50,145 nt of DNA. It comes from Opitutia bacterium. Its GTDB lineage: Bacteria > Verrucomicrobiota > Verrucomicrobiia > Opitutales > T3Sed10-336. A program made the position numbers and the translations under genes. Within the stretch, counting starts at the first letter, position 1. The number at the start of each line of letters is the position of its first letter. The stretch spans positions 1 through 50,145 of the forward strand of contig JBJHCF010000041.1 in NCBI GenBank assembly GCA_050506795.1, read 5' to 3'. The notes under the pieces were generated by a model. The model saw only the letters and a list, made by a program, of their open reading frames with translations, made no database searches and had not been told where the DNA came from. Positions 9,767-23,502 of this stretch are shown piece after piece.

Positions 9767-10558
9767 TCAACGGGCGACCCTTCCCGGCCGGCCGCATTCT
9801 TCGAGGGAAAGCGGATACCCGAATACTTCGAAATCCTTGCGGTAAAGCGCAAGCACCCGCCTCTCAAGATCGTCCACATAATAAGACCTCACCTTCTCCA
9901 GCGCGCCCTGGCGATTGTGTTCCCGGTCCTGAGTTCCCGACCAGGAGCCCGGACCGAAAAGAGTATTAACGACCGCGGACAAACCCTCATTCAACGTTTC
10001 GACGTACCCCACCCGGGCGAGGGCGTCGACAGGAACGGGAATGAGGGAAGCCTGCGGAATCCAATGGACATTGCCATACAATCCACCTCTCTCCAGAAAA
10101 GACACGAAATCGGAGAAAGAGCAGTCGCGAACCTGCCTTTTCCCAATCCGTTCGGCCACCCACTGAAAGCGGTCGTTTTGCATTTTATCAAGAAAGGCCG
10201 ACAAGAGCCGCGTGAACGGATTGCGGACAAACGTGAAGCAGAAACGGCGACCAACAAAACCGCGTACCGACAAGCATGGAACGTCACTCAATCGACGAAA
10301 ACCATCTTTGGCGGCACCGCCGGTCGAATCCGCCTCATCCAGCGTGAGATCGGGGTCATACCAGGACAAAGTACGGACTACGGTCGAATTGGCGCATTTA
10401 GGAATTCGAAAATAGCAGTAGCGACCGGAAGGCGGGACCGCGCCACGCAGGTCAATCCAATCCAATGGTACGCGAGGATCCCGATTTCGAAGCACAGGGT
10501 GAAAGCGCTTCAACCGTTTTCGCGCCGAATTTCTGAATCGTTTAGCCAACGACGTCAT
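9767..10558 (-). CDS. Sulfotransferase family 2
   Basis: YFRIPKCANSTV, FVRNPFTRLLSAFLDK, HWIPQ, LYRKDFEVFGY. Confidence 0.87.
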   Translation of the reverse strand: MTSLAKRFRNSARKRLKRFHPVLRNRDPRVPLDWIDLRGAVPPSGRYCYFRIPKCANSTVVRTLSWYDPDLTLDEADSTGGAAKDGFRRLSDVPCLSVRGFVGRRFCFTFVRNPFTRLLSAFLDKMQNDRFQWVAERIGKRQVRDCSFSDFVSFLERGGLYGNVHWIPQASLIPVPVDALARVGYVETLNEGLSAVVNTLFGPGSWSGTQDREHNRQGALEKVRSYYVDDLERRVLALYRKDFEVFGYPLSLEECGRPGRVAR

Positions 10559-10644
10559 TTCTTGTGATTGAAATCATGCGAAGCCCATTCCGCCAGCGAA
10601 ATGTTGCGCTTGAGGCGACGGCATTCAGAATCCGACCTATATTC

Positions 10645-11838
10645 ATGGCATCCGCTCACAAACCTGTTGTCATCTCTTACTGTCACACCTTTCTCAATCC
10701 GGAGATGCTGCATGTCTACCGGCAGATCAACGGGATTCGGGGATTCGAGAACTGGGTCGTGACCCGCAAACGGGTCTGTCTCGATCGCTTTCCCTATGAT
10801 CGGGTTTCCGTCCTGCGCCCGCCGCCCCTGCGGTTCCTTCGGCGATTCTTTTATCAGCAGGTACAAAAGGAGTCCCGCGTCCCGCTCTCGGGCTATGAGA
10901 GCCGCCAACTCGACCATTTCCTGGCGGAGAAAAGCGCCGGCCTGATTCACGTCTATTTCGGCACCCATGCGGCCCGGCTGTTGCCTTACCTGCGCCGCGA
11001 AACACGAGCCCGGGTCGTTTCCTTCCACGGCGCCGATCTTTCCGAGGACCTGTCCCCCGGGGAGCTGCGGGAACTGATCATCCACACCGATCTCTTCCTC
11101 TGCCGCAGCCGGTCCCTGCGCGAGGTTTTGCTGGAAAAGGGAGTCCCGGCCGACCACATTCGTCTCAACCCCACGGGTATTCCGCTCCCGAAAACAACTC
11201 GCCCGCCCGGGATTCCGGCACCCTCCGCCAACCGCCCGTTGCGTCTCCTACAGGCCTGCCGGTTTATCCCCAAGAAGGGATTGGACACGGCGGTCCGGGC
11301 CACCGCCCTTCTGCGAGGCCAGGGAGTCCCGGCGGAACTCACCTTGGCCGGCGACGGCCCGGATCGGGATTCCCTGGCCGCGCTGGCGCGACAAGAAGGC
11401 ATCAGCGACGCGGTTCGCTTCACCGGTTTTCTGACTTCCGCGGAACTTGAAGAAACCATGCGCGAGCACGACCTCTTTCTCCACCCCAGCCGCACCACCG
11501 ATACGGGCGATCGCGAAGGTATCCCCAATTCCCTCCTGGAAGCCATGGCCTGCCGCCTGCCGGTGATTGCCACCCGGCACAGCGGGATCCCCGAAGCCGT
11601 CACCCACGAGGTGGAGGGACTCCTGCTCGACCGCGCCGATCCCGCCTCACTGGCTTCCGCGGTGCAGTCACTCCTCAACAAACCCGAACTCTATCCCGCA
11701 TTGGCGAACGCCGCCCGGAGGCGGATCGAAGAAACCTTTTCCATTGACTCCTGTATCCGGAAACTGGAAACCGCTTACGAGGAAGCCCTGCGGCGTGCCG
11801 CGGCACGAAGAGCAGGAAATCAAACGACTTCGGATTAA
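10645..11838 (+). CDS. GT4 glycosyltransferase (WcaL-like), paralog of 3601..4839
   Basis: YCHTFLNPEMLHVYRQ, SFHGAD, RFIPKKG, DREGIPNSLLEAM. Confidence 0.87.
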   Translation: MASAHKPVVISYCHTFLNPEMLHVYRQINGIRGFENWVVTRKRVCLDRFPYDRVSVLRPPPLRFLRRFFYQQVQKESRVPLSGYESRQLDHFLAEKSAGLIHVYFGTHAARLLPYLRRETRARVVSFHGADLSEDLSPGELRELIIHTDLFLCRSRSLREVLLEKGVPADHIRLNPTGIPLPKTTRPPGIPAPSANRPLRLLQACRFIPKKGLDTAVRATALLRGQGVPAELTLAGDGPDRDSLAALARQEGISDAVRFTGFLTSAELEETMREHDLFLHPSRTTDTGDREGIPNSLLEAMACRLPVIATRHSGIPEAVTHEVEGLLLDRADPASLASAVQSLLNKPELYPALANAARRRIEETFSIDSCIRKLETAYEEALRRAAARRAGNQTTSD

Positions 11839-11866
11839 TTCCGGCGAAACCGCGCGGCGTAGAGCT

Positions 11867-13400
11867 TCAGTTCTTCGACCGGTTTTCCACTGTGCGGCCG
11901 AGAGCGGCGAACTCGGAAGCCAATGCGGGGTACAGTGAGCGATAGTGCGGATAAAAGGCGTCGTAAACCGCGGCGTCCCGCCCCGGAGAGGTCTTTCCTG
12001 TGGGTTTGATGATCGCGCGACAGGCGGAAGGCACGTCGGCAAACACACCCGAAGCCACCCCGCCCAGCAGTGCCGCACCGAACACGGCTCCTTCGCCCGA
12101 GCTGACGGTTGCAATATCACTGTGAAAGTTGTCCGCCATCATCTGACGCCAGAAAGCGCTTTTACCTCCCCCGCCGGAAGCCCGGACCTCACGGGGCTCG
12201 ATTCCCAGCGACCGCATCAGTTCCAGGGAATCGCGCATGGCGTAGGTGACTCCCTCCAGCACCGCACGGGTGAGGTGCGCCTTGTTGTGCCGCAGGGTCA
12301 GGCCGAAAAAGACCCCCCGGGCATTGGGATCGGGATGCGGGGTCCGTTCGCCACTCAGATAGGGCAAAAACAATAACCCTTCGCAGCCGGCCGGAACGCC
12401 GGCGGCGGATTCGGTGAGAAGGTCGTAAACGTCAAGTCCCTCCTGGTGCGCCAGATCGGTCTCCGATTCACCCAAGGTGTCGCGGTACCAGCGAAAACTG
12501 CCCGCCGCGGACAACACGACCCCCATGAGGTGCCACATTCCCGGAACCGCGTGACAGAAGGCGTGCAGGCGTCCTTCCGGGTCCGCACGGTAGGACTCGG
12601 AAGCGGCAAAAACCACCCCGGAAGTGCCCAGGGTGGCCGAAACGATTCCCGGTTCGACGACCCCGGCGCCCACCCCTTCGGCAGCCTGATCGCCCGCTCC
12701 GCCTGCGACAGGAGTGCCCTCCTTCAGTCCGGTGGCCTCCGCGCCCGCCGTGCTAATCCGGGCGCTGGCTTCCGGAGACTCAGTCACCTCCGGCAGCCAT
12801 TCGCGCGGCACTTCAAACGCCGCCAGCATTTCGTCGGACCAATTGCGATTGGCCACATTCAGAAGACAAGTCCCGGAAGCATCGGACACCTCGGAAAAGA
12901 ATTCTCCGGTCAACCGATAGCGAATATAATCTTTGGGAAGAAGCGCTTTGGCCACCCGCCGGATCACGTCCGGCTCGTTTTCACGCACCCAGGCGATTTT
13001 GGGTGCGGTAAAGCCCGGCAGGATGGGATTGCCAGTCAACTCCAGGACCCGAGAGGCGCCCATCTTTTCCGTCACCGCCGCGCACTGCGGCACCGTGCGC
13101 TGGTCGTTCCACAGTATGGCGGGGCGGAGCACGGCGCCTTCCGCATCGAGCAGCACCAGGCCGTGCATTTGTCCGGTCAGGCCGACCCCGGCGATGTCCG
13201 CCGGATCAACTCCGCTTTCGGCCAGGACCCGGTTGACGCTGGCCGCCGCCGCTTCCCACCACCTCTCGGGATCCTGTTCCGCCCACAGTGGGCGCGGAGT
13301 CGACAACGGGTACTCCGTGGTCGCCTTGGCCAGCAAACGACCACTGGAGTCAATCAGAAGAGCCTTGGCTCCCGTTGTGCCGACGTCGATCCCGAGCAGG

Positions 13401-13414
<14 letters not shown>
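11867..13414 (-). CDS. xylB: Xylulokinase
   Basis: [42 protein letters not shown]; overlaps xylA. Confidence 0.93.
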
Positions 13415-14720
<1,306 letters not shown>

Positions 14721-14731
14721 AGTGATGAACG

Positions 14732-14760
14732 GTATTAGGGGACCGGCGCTCACAGGTCAA
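14732..14760 (-). promoter_or_regulatory. Sigma70-type promoter of xylAB
   Basis: TTGACC-N17-TAATAC on the minus strand, 11 nt before the xylA ATG and just past the rpoC terminator. Confidence 0.6.
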
Positions 14761-14771
14761 GCGCTGTCCGC

Positions 14772-14818
14772 AAAAAAGGGGCGTTCCCGGAAAAATCTCC
14801 GCGGAACACCCCTTTTTT
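14772..14818 (-). terminator. Intrinsic terminator of the rpoBC operon (bidirectional-looking)
   Basis: AAAAAAGGGGCGTTCC...GGAACACCCCTTTTTT hairpin flanked by A and T tracts, ~48 nt after the rpoC stop. Confidence 0.8.
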
Positions 14819-14865
14819 CGGCAGCGCAGGCAAGCACCCACACACCGCCTGGTTTAAATGTAAGC

Positions 14866-17800
14866 TCAGCCAGCTTCGCTTGGTTTGGCCTCGTCCGCCA
14901 TCTCCCCACCGAACGGCATGGTGACCCGGAGGTTCCGGTACCTGGGCAAACCGGTTCCCGCCGGAATCAGGTTACCCATGATCACGTTTTCCTTGAAGCC
15001 CTTGAGTTCATCCACCTTGCCCAGGGTAGCCGCATCGGTCAGAACCCGGGTGGTTTCCTGGAAGGATGCCGCGGAAATGAAGCTCTCGGTCTCCAACGCC
15101 GCCTTGGTGATACCCAACAATATCGGCTCGCCTTCGGCCGGTTTGCCACCGGCTTCGACCACCCGCTGATTCTCGTCAAGGAACCCGGTACGATCGACGA
15201 CTTCGCCCCAGAACCAATCCGTGTCGCCCGGATCGGATACGCGGACCTTTCGCATCATCTGGCTAATAATGACCTCGATGTGTTTGTCGTTAATCGTAAC
15301 CCCCTGCAAACGGTAAACCTCCTGCACCTCCGAAATCAGAAAATCGTAAAGTGCGGTCGGCCCAAGGACATCGAGAATCTCGTGCGGATCGGCCGAACCT
15401 TCGGTGAGGTGCTGCCCCTTGTGCACAAAGTCTCCGATCTGCACGATGACCTGCTTGCCGTGTGGAATGAGGTGTTCTTCCTCTTCGCCGCTCTCATGGT
15501 TGCTGACGATCAACTTTTTCTTGCCCCGCACGGTGCCGCCCATGGAAACCACGCCATCGATCTTGGCCATCTCTGTGGCTTCCTTCGGGCGCCGGGCTTC
15601 AAAAAGCTCGGCCACCCGGGGAAGACCCCCGGTAATATCCTTGGTTCGGGATGCCTGTCGCGGCGTTTTCGCCAGCAGCGCGCCCGGTGCGATCCGGTCG
15701 CCTTCATTCACCACAACCTGAGCTCCGGTGGGAATCGCATACGAGGCGACCGGCTTGCCGTGGTCGTCGCATATTTCCACCTGAGGATTCAAGTCCTCCT
15801 TGTGTTCAATCACCGCCGTGGCGACCTGGCCGGTACTCTCGTCGAGTTCCCGTTTCACGGTTACCCCGGATATCATATCGTGGAAGCGCACTTTACCCGC
15901 TTTCTCGGAGAGAATCGGGATGTTGTACGGATCCCACATGGCGAGGACATCGCCCCCGGAGATCTTTTCGCCGTCGGCGATGGTAAGGACGGAACCGGCT
16001 ACAATGTTGTGTACCTCAAGTTCGCGCTCATCGTTCTCATCGAGAACACGAATGGTGCCGGTCTTATTGAGTACAATGCTGGCGCCTTCGGTCGTTTGCA
16101 CCAGGCGAAGGCCCTTGTACCGCACAAGGCCGCTGTGCCGCACCCGGATCTCCGGATTTCTGAAACCGCTGCTGGCGATACCACCGATGTGGAACGTTCG
16201 CATGGTCAGCTGGGTTCCCGGTTCACCGATGGACTGCGCCGCGATGATTCCGACCGACGTCCCCGCCTCGACGAGACGGTTGGTTGCCGGATTAATCCCG
16301 TAGGCCTGGGACGGGATACCGTTCTTCGTTCGACTGGTCAGCGGCGACATCACTTTAACCCGATCCACACCGGCATCCTCGATTCGGCCGGCGATTTCAT
16401 CGGTGATCAATTCCCCGCTGCGCACGATGAACTCGGTGGGATTCAACGGATCCTTGATATTGTCGCTGGAAGTGCGACCGGAGATCCGTTCGCTCAGGCT
16501 GACAATTTCATCCTCGCCTTCGAAGATCGCCTTTTTCCAGAGACCGGCACTGGTATCCACCTTTTCGTCGGTGATGACCAGATCCATGGAAACGTCGCAA
16601 AGTTTACGGGTGAGATAACCGGCGTCTGCGGTTTTCAGCGCGGTATCGGCCAATCCTTTACGAGCGCCGTGGGTCGAGATGAAGTACTCGAGGACGGTAA
16701 GTCCCTCGCGGAACGAGGAAAGGATCGGCCGTTCGATGATCTCGCCGGAGGGCTTGGCCATCAACCCGCGGGTACCGCAAAGCTGACGTACCTGCTGGCG
16801 ATTGCCCCGGGCTCCGGAATCCATCATGAGGAAGACCGGGTTGACTTCATTCTTGCCGTCGTTTTCCTCCAGTCGCTCGAAGACCACCTTGGCGATCTGG
16901 TCCGTGGCGTTGGTCCAGATGTCGATGATTTTGTTGTAACGCTCGCCGGGTGTGATGATCCCCTTCTTGTACTGCCCTTCGACCTCATCGATCTTCTTGC
17001 GGGCATCCTTGACGATAGCACCCTTGTTCTCCGGAATGATCATGTCGTCGATTCCGATGGAGATTCCCGCATGTGTCGCGACGCTGAAGCCGAGTTCCTT
17101 AAGCGCGTCAAGGGTCTCGATGGTGCGCTCGCGACCGGAAACCCGGAACGAACTCATGATGAGGTCGCCCAGCTTGCCCTTGGGCACGGGAGTATTCACA
17201 AAACCGATCTCGTCGGGCCAGATCTGATTGAAAATCACCCTCCCGACCGTGGTGCGAAGAATATTCTTATCGCTGTCGCCGAAGAGAGTTTCCTTGCCGA
17301 GATCGGGATTCTTAATGTTTACCCAGTCGTGGAGGTGCAGGGCGCCGTCCGCCTGCGCCAGCAAGACCTCCTGCATATCACCGGCCAGGGGAATCCTGGT
17401 GTCCTTCTCGATCGGTTTTTTCGGCGTGAGCGTCAGGTAGTACGAACCGAGGACGATGTCCTGAGAAGGGGTCAAGATCGGCTTTCCGCTCGAAGGGGAG
17501 AAAATATTGTGCGTCGCCATCATGAGAAGCTTGCACTCCAGAATCGCTTCCAACGAAAGCGGCACATGCACAGCCATTTGGTCGCCGTCGAAGTCCGCGT
17601 TGTAGGCGGTACAAACGAGCGGGTGAACGCGGATGGCCTCACCCTCGATCAATACCGGTTCAAATGCCTGAATTGAAAGACGGTGCAAGGTCGGCGCGCG
17701 GTTCAGCAACACCGGATGGCCTTTGGTCACCTCTTCGAGAATGTCCCACACCTCCGGCGAACGTTTCTCGATCATCTTCCGCGCTCCGCGCACGGTGTGC

Positions 17801-18978
17801 ACGAAACCAAGTTCCTTGAGCCGCCGGATAATGAAAGGCTCAAACAGCACCAGGGCCATCTTCTTCGGCAGGCCGCACTGATTCAGTTTGAGTTCGGGAC
17901 CGATAACGATGACCGAACGGCCGGAGTAGTCCACCCGTTTGCCGAGAAGGTTCTGACGAAAACGTCCCTGCTTACCCTTGAGCATGTCGCTCAAAGACTT
18001 AAGAGGCCGGTTGCCCGCACCGGTAACCGCCCGGCCATGACGCCCGTTGTCGAAAAGGGCATCCACCGCTTCCTGCAACATACGCTTTTCGTTGTGAATA
18101 ATCACCTCGGGAGTCTTCAGTTGCAGCAGATTGCGCAGCCGATTATTCCGGTTGATCACCCGGCGGTAAAGGTCGTTGAGGTCGGAAGTCGCGAAGCGGC
18201 CCCCTTCGAGAGGAACCAGGGGACGCAGATCCGGCGGAATCACCGGAACCGCATCCAGCACCATCCAGTCCGGCTTGCTTTCCGACTTAATAAAGCCCTG
18301 AACGACCTTGAGCCGCTTGGAAACCTTCTTCTTGATCTGCTTGGAACGGGTGTTGCGCAAGGCTTCCTGCAGTTCAACGGCGACCCCTTCCAAATCGAGC
18401 CGTGCCAGCACGTCACGCACCGCCTCGGCGCCCATTTTGGCCACAAAGGCGTCGTCACCGAACTCGTCCAGCGCCTGCATGTACTCGGATTCGGTCAGAA
18501 GTTGCTTTTCCTCCAGCGGAGTTTTGCCCGGATCGACCACCATGTAGTTCTCATAATAGATCACCCGCTCCAAACTCCGCGCGGTCATGTCGAGCAGGAG
18601 CCCAAGCCGGCTGGGCATGCTCTTGAGAAACCAGATGTGGGAAACCGGCACTGCGAGCTCGATGTGCCCCATCCGCTCGCGTCTCACGCGGGAAACGGTG
18701 ACTTCCACCCCGCACCTGTCACAGACGACATCCTTGTACTTAATACGCTTATACTTGCCGCAAGCGCATTCATAGTCACGGACCGGGCCGAAGATCCGCT
18801 GACAGAAAAGGCCGCCGGGCTCCGGTTTGAAGGTCCGGTAGTTGATCGTCTCCGGATTCTTGACCTCACCTCGCGACCACGAGCGGATGGTATCCGGCGA
18901 GGCCACGCTGATGGTCACGCAATCGTGCCCCTGCTCTTCATCCATTCCCAGGACTTGACGTACTTCTTCAGTGCTCAT
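14866..18978 (-). CDS. rpoC: RNA polymerase beta' subunit
   Basis: NADFDGD catalytic motif, N-terminal Zn finger CACG...[17 protein letters not shown]. Confidence 0.99.
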   Translation of the reverse strand: MSTEEVRQVLGMDEEQGHDCVTISVASPDTIRSWSRGEVKNPETINYRTFKPEPGGLFCQRIFGPVRDYECACGKYKRIKYKDVVCDRCGVEVTVSRVRRERMGHIELAVPVSHIWFLKSMPSRLGLLLDMTARSLERVIYYENYMVVDPGKTPLEEKQLLTESEYMQALDEFGDDAFVAKMGAEAVRDVLARLDLEGVAVELQEALRNTRSKQIKKKVSKRLKVVQGFIKSESKPDWMVLDAVPVIPPDLRPLVPLEGGRFATSDLNDLYRRVINRNNRLRNLLQLKTPEVIIHNEKRMLQEAVDALFDNGRHGRAVTGAGNRPLKSLSDMLKGKQGRFRQNLLGKRVDYSGRSVIVIGPELKLNQCGLPKKMALVLFEPFIIRRLKELGFVHTVRGARKMIEKRSPEVWDILEEVTKGHPVLLNRAPTLHRLSIQAFEPVLIEGEAIRVHPLVCTAYNADFDGDQMAVHVPLSLEAILECKLLMMATHNIFSPSSGKPILTPSQDIVLGSYYLTLTPKKPIEKDTRIPLAGDMQEVLLAQADGALHLHDWVNIKNPDLGKETLFGDSDKNILRTTVGRVIFNQIWPDEIGFVNTPVPKGKLGDLIMSSFRVSGRERTIETLDALKELGFSVATHAGISIGIDDMIIPENKGAIVKDARKKIDEVEGQYKKGIITPGERYNKIIDIWTNATDQIAKVVFERLEENDGKNEVNPVFLMMDSGARGNRQQVRQLCGTRGLMAKPSGEIIERPILSSFREGLTVLEYFISTHGARKGLADTALKTADAGYLTRKLCDVSMDLVITDEKVDTSAGLWKKAIFEGEDEIVSLSERISGRTSSDNIKDPLNPTEFIVRSGELITDEIAGRIEDAGVDRVKVMSPLTSRTKNGIPSQAYGINPATNRLVEAGTSVGIIAAQSIGEPGTQLTMRTFHIGGIASSGFRNPEIRVRHSGLVRYKGLRLVQTTEGASIVLNKTGTIRVLDENDERELEVHNIVAGSVLTIADGEKISGGDVLAMWDPYNIPILSEKAGKVRFHDMISGVTVKRELDESTGQVATAVIEHKEDLNPQVEICDDHGKPVASYAIPTGAQVVVNEGDRIAPGALLAKTPRQASRTKDITGGLPRVAELFEARRPKEATEMAKIDGVVSMGGTVRGKKKLIVSNHESGEEEEHLIPHGKQVIVQIGDFVHKGQHLTEGSADPHEILDVLGPTALYDFLISEVQEVYRLQGVTINDKHIEVIISQMMRKVRVSDPGDTDWFWGEVVDRTGFLDENQRVVEAGGKPAEGEPILLGITKAALETESFISAASFQETTRVLTDAATLGKVDELKGFKENVIMGNLIPAGTGLPRYRNLRVTMPFGGEMADEAKPSEAG

Positions 18979-18991
18979 GGCGTTTCCTCTG

Positions 18992-21900
18992 TTACTGGCT
19001 CTTCTTGAAAGCCTTGTTCTTGCGGTTCAGGCGGATATCCAGTCCAAGACTCTGAATCTCCTTCATCAATACGTTGAACGACTGCGGCGTGCCGGCGATC
19101 AATGTGTTTTCCCCTTTGACCAGGGCCTCGTAGATCTTGGTGCGTCCCTGCACATCGTCGGACTTGACGGTGAGCAGCTCCTGCAATGTGTAGGCGGCCC
19201 CGTACGCTTCGAGCGCCCAGACCTCCATCTCTCCGAAGCGCTGACCGCCGTACTGGGCCTTTCCGCCCAGCGGTTGCTGGGTGATCAGCGAGTACGGACC
19301 TACCGCCCGGGCATGGATCTTGTGCGCCACCAAATGGTTCAGTTTCAGCAGGTATTTGTACCCGACCACAACTTCCTGGTCGAGTTTTTCACCAGTGCGA
19401 CCGTCGTAGAGCGGGCTCTTTCCGCTGGTCGGCAGTTTCGCCTCCTTCAGGTAGTTGCGCACCTGAGCTTCGGAAATACCGTCGAAAACCGGTGTGGCGA
19501 TCTGCAGGCCGAGTTTTTTACAGGCCCAACCCATGTGGGTTTCCAGTACCTGTCCGACGTTCATTCGCGAAGGAACCCCGAGAGGATTCAGACAGACCTC
19601 GATCGGCGTGCCATCGGGAAGAAAAGGCATGTCCTGCTCGGGCACAATTTTCGCCACCACCCCTTTGTTTCCGTGACGGCCCGCCATCTTGTCCCCGACC
19701 TGAAGCTTCTTCTTGGTCGCGATATAGACCTTGACCTGTTTGATCAGGCCCTGCTCGACATCTTCACCGGCTTCGATACTTGAAATCTTGCGTTCCCGGT
19801 CCGACTCCAGCTCGTCGAACTTCGTCTGAAAGCTGTTGACGATTTCCATAATCTTGATGCGAACCGGCGACGGATCGATCTTGATATGCTTGGAAACGGT
19901 AGCCAGCTTGCGCAGAAGCGTCTTGGTGATCTTCCGGTTGGCGGGAATGATGACCTCGTCGGTTTCAGCGTTGATCACGTCGAGGGGGATCTTTTCTCCC
20001 AGGAGGATATTGGACAGAGATTCGGTCAGACTGTCGCGCAGCTTGTCCATCTGGGTCCGGTACTCCTCATTGATCTGCTTGATCTGGCGACGCCGATCGG
20101 AGGGACTGAGGGCTTCCTTTTCCGAATCGATTCGGCTGGAGACCTTGACGTCCATCACGATGCCGGCGACCCCGGAAGGGACAATCAGCGAAGTGTCTTT
20201 AACATCGGCCGCCTTTTCTCCGAAGATCGCCCGCAGGAGCTTCTCCTCCGGAGCCAGTTCGGTCTCACTCTTGGGTGTGATTTTCCCGACCAGGATGTCA
20301 CCCGGTTTGACCTCTGCGCCGACTCGAATCACCCCGTCGTGATTGAGATCCTTCAGCGCCTCCTCGCCCACGTTGGGGATGTCGCGGGTGATTTCTTCGG
20401 GTCCCAGCTTGGTGTCACGGGCCGTGACCTCAAACTCCTCAATGTGGATCGAAGTGTAGATATCGTCCTTCAGCACCCGGTCGCTGATCAGAATGGCATC
20501 CTCGAAGTTGTAACCGCTCCAAGGCATGAAGGCCACCAACAGGTTGCGGCCGATGGCCAACTCGCCATTTTTGGTGCAGGCGCCGTCAGCGAGGATATCG
20601 CCGGGCTTTACCTTCTGCCCCTTTTTTACAATCGGCTTTTGCGTGAAGCACGTTCCGGCGTTGGAACGCATAAACTTGCGCAATTCATAGACCTGGAGCC
20701 CTGTTTTGGGATCCGACTTGGGATTACGTTCAAATCGGGCCGGCAAGGTGCCGTCCTGGGATACCACGATTTTGCGCCCGTCGACGTAAGCCACCGTACC
20801 GGCTTCCACCGCCTCAACAACGGTTTTGGAATCGCGGGCCACCCGTTGCTCGATTCCGGTGCCGACAAAAGGAGCCTCCGTTTCGAGCAGAGGCACCGCC
20901 TGGCGTTGCATGTTCGATCCCATGAGTGCGCGGTTGGCATCATCGTGTTCCAGGAACGGAATCAAGCCCGCCGCCACCGATACCAACTGTTTCGGCGAGA
21001 CGTCCATGTAGTTCACCTCGGAGGGATCAACCTCGCGGAAGTCACCACGGTGACGAACCGTGACGCGCCCCTTGAAATTCCCCTTGTCGTCGATTTCGGA
21101 ATTCGCCTGGGCAACCACCTGATTCTCCTCCTGATCGGCGGTCAGGTATTCCACCTTGTCGGTAACCCGGCCTTTTTCGCAGCGACGGTATGGGGTCTCA
21201 ATAAACCCGAATTCGTTGATGCGGGAGTAGATGCTCAATGAATTGATTAGACCGATGTTCGGCCCTTCCGGCGTTTCGATCGGGCAAATGCGTCCGTAGT
21301 GGGACGGATGAACGTCGCGCACCTCGAAACCGGCTCGCTCCCGATTAAGCCCTCCCGGTCCGAGCGCACTCAGGCGTCGCTTATGGGTGAGCTCGGCCAG
21401 CGGGTTAATCTGGTCCATGAACTGCGAAAGCTGGCTGCGGGCGAAGAAATCACGCACCACCGTGCTAAGCGCCTTGGGATTGATAAGCTTCTGCGGCGTA
21501 ATGGAATCTGCACTTTGATCGTACAGGGTCATGCGCTCGCGGACCAGACGCTCGGTCCGTGCGAGACCGATACGGCACTGGTTGGCCAGAAGCTCGCCCA
21601 CCGTTCTGACGCGACGACTCCCAAGATGATCGATGTCATCGATGAACCCTTCACCCCGCCGCAGTTGCTGGATCAGGTATTTGGTCGCCTGAATAACGTC
21701 AGCCGCATTCAGGGTACGCTCTTCCAGATCGGTATCCAGGTTGAGCTTCTGGTTCATCTTGTAACGTCCCACCCGCCCGAGGTCGTAACGCTTCGGATCA
21801 AAGAAAAGACGCTTTAGCAACGCCTTGGCATTGGCGGTGGTGGGCGGTTCGCCCGGTCGCAGACGTTTGTAAATTTCCTTGAGCGCCTCCTCCTCATTGC

Positions 21901-22774
21901 GGGTCGGATCCTTCTTGAGCGCTCGGATGATCGCCCCTTCGTCCACCGAGGTGTCGATTACCCGGATGGTTGGAATATCACTTTTCTCCAACTGGCGCAG
22001 GATAGCCTTGGTCAGGGGTTCGAAGGCTCGGGCCAGGACGATCCCTTTCTGTCCGTCGATGACATCCTCCACCAGGACGTAGGCGCTCACGTTGTCCTTT
22101 TCCAGCGCGGCGGTGGTGGCCAATTCGTCTACGTTGTAGAAAAGCCCCAGGATATCGAGATCCGAACTGTAGCCTATGGCTCTCAGCAGGGTGGTGATGA
22201 GGAACTTGCGCCGCCGACGCCGCCGGTCGAGATAAACGTAAAGCAGGTCATTGTTATCGAACTGGACCTCGAGCCAGGTTCCGCGATCCGGAATGATCCG
22301 GTAGGAATACAACGGCTTGCCGGTAGTGTGCAGTGTTTTCTCAAAACAGATGCCCGGAGAGCGGTGCAACTGACTGACGATGACCCGTTCCGCCCCATTG
22401 ATGATAAACGACCCTCGCTCGCTCACCATGGGCAGTTCCCCCATGTAGATCTCCTCGTCCTTGATGAAATCCTCCTCGCGCAGACGAAGCTTCACATAGA
22501 GAGATACCGCATAGGTCATCCCCTCACGAATGCACTCGATCTCCGAGTTTTTCGGTCCGACCACATTGTAGGACACGTATTCCAATACGCAGCGTCCATC
22601 GTAACTTTCGATCGGAAACACCTCCCGAAAGACGCCTTCAAGTCCAAACGGCTTGCGCTGATTGTTCGGCAAATCCTTTTGCAGGAACTCCAGATAGGAA
22701 TCCAACTGATTCTGGATCAGGTTGGGAGGGGAAATGACCTCCTTGAGTTTTCCAAAGTTGATACGTTCGGACAT
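18992..22774 (-). CDS. rpoB: RNA polymerase beta subunit
   Basis: [39 protein letters not shown]. Confidence 0.99.
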   Translation of the reverse strand: MSERINFGKLKEVISPPNLIQNQLDSYLEFLQKDLPNNQRKPFGLEGVFREVFPIESYDGRCVLEYVSYNVVGPKNSEIECIREGMTYAVSLYVKLRLREEDFIKDEEIYMGELPMVSERGSFIINGAERVIVSQLHRSPGICFEKTLHTTGKPLYSYRIIPDRGTWLEVQFDNNDLLYVYLDRRRRRRKFLITTLLRAIGYSSDLDILGLFYNVDELATTAALEKDNVSAYVLVEDVIDGQKGIVLARAFEPLTKAILRQLEKSDIPTIRVIDTSVDEGAIIRALKKDPTRNEEEALKEIYKRLRPGEPPTTANAKALLKRLFFDPKRYDLGRVGRYKMNQKLNLDTDLEERTLNAADVIQATKYLIQQLRRGEGFIDDIDHLGSRRVRTVGELLANQCRIGLARTERLVRERMTLYDQSADSITPQKLINPKALSTVVRDFFARSQLSQFMDQINPLAELTHKRRLSALGPGGLNRERAGFEVRDVHPSHYGRICPIETPEGPNIGLINSLSIYSRINEFGFIETPYRRCEKGRVTDKVEYLTADQEENQVVAQANSEIDDKGNFKGRVTVRHRGDFREVDPSEVNYMDVSPKQLVSVAAGLIPFLEHDDANRALMGSNMQRQAVPLLETEAPFVGTGIEQRVARDSKTVVEAVEAGTVAYVDGRKIVVSQDGTLPARFERNPKSDPKTGLQVYELRKFMRSNAGTCFTQKPIVKKGQKVKPGDILADGACTKNGELAIGRNLLVAFMPWSGYNFEDAILISDRVLKDDIYTSIHIEEFEVTARDTKLGPEEITRDIPNVGEEALKDLNHDGVIRVGAEVKPGDILVGKITPKSETELAPEEKLLRAIFGEKAADVKDTSLIVPSGVAGIVMDVKVSSRIDSEKEALSPSDRRRQIKQINEEYRTQMDKLRDSLTESLSNILLGEKIPLDVINAETDEVIIPANRKITKTLLRKLATVSKHIKIDPSPVRIKIMEIVNSFQTKFDELESDRERKISSIEAGEDVEQGLIKQVKVYIATKKKLQVGDKMAGRHGNKGVVAKIVPEQDMPFLPDGTPIEVCLNPLGVPSRMNVGQVLETHMGWACKKLGLQIATPVFDGISEAQVRNYLKEAKLPTSGKSPLYDGRTGEKLDQEVVVGYKYLLKLNHLVAHKIHARAVGPYSLITQQPLGGKAQYGGQRFGEMEVWALEAYGAAYTLQELLTVKSDDVQGRTKIYEALVKGENTLIAGTPQSFNVLMKEIQSLGLDIRLNRKNKAFKKSQ

Positions 22775-23115
22775 GGTGGTGGGCGCTACGGATTATGGAT
22801 TCTGAGACGGGAAAGCGACCGGGGTGGGAACCCCGGCCGCCAAAGTGAATGAGCGCCAAAAACAAAAGCAGGCAGCCCAATCAGCGATCAGTGACCTTGA
22901 AGAAAGAACGTTGAACCTCTGAGACAGAGCCCAACCGGCACAAAAAAGGCAACGGAGGCCGATCCCGCGTTGGGATCCAAACTCCGCATCGCCTCGGTTG
23001 ATTTGCCGGGTGCCTTGCTTCAAACTTATCGGATGTACTGCTGCTTTTACGAATTAGCGTCTCAATGCATCGGCGCCTGAGCGCCGTAGAACAGAAAGGC
23101 GGGCCGTAAATACGG

Positions 23116-23502
23116 TTACTTGATTTCGACTTCGGCGCCAACGGCTTCGAGCTTTTTCTTGAGCTCTTCGGCCTCTTCCTTGTTGATACCTTCCTTGACG
23201 GGCTTGGGAGCACCTTCCACCAGATCCTTGGCTTCTTTGAGTCCAAGACCGGTGGCGGCGCGGACTTCCTTAATGGCGGCGATCTTGTTGCTTCCGGCGC
23301 CCTTGAGGATGACGTCAAACTCGGTTTTTTCCTCCGCGGCGGCGGCGTCACCTCCGCCAGCGGCGGGAGCGGCGGCCACGGCGGCCGGAGCGGCGGCGCT
23401 GACGCCCCACTTTTCTTCGAGTTCTTTCACCAAACCGGCGATTTCGATAACCGACTGGTTGCTGAGCCAATCGATAACTTGTTCTTTTGTGATGTCTGAC
23501 AT
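23116..23502 (-). CDS. rplL: 50S ribosomal protein L7/L12
   Basis: Ala-rich hinge, [20 protein letters not shown]. Confidence 0.98.
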   Translation of the reverse strand: MSDITKEQVIDWLSNQSVIEIAGLVKELEEKWGVSAAAPAAVAAAPAAGGGDAAAAEEKTEFDVILKGAGSNKIAAIKEVRAATGLGLKEAKDLVEGAPKPVKEGINKEEAEELKKKLEAVGAEVEIK

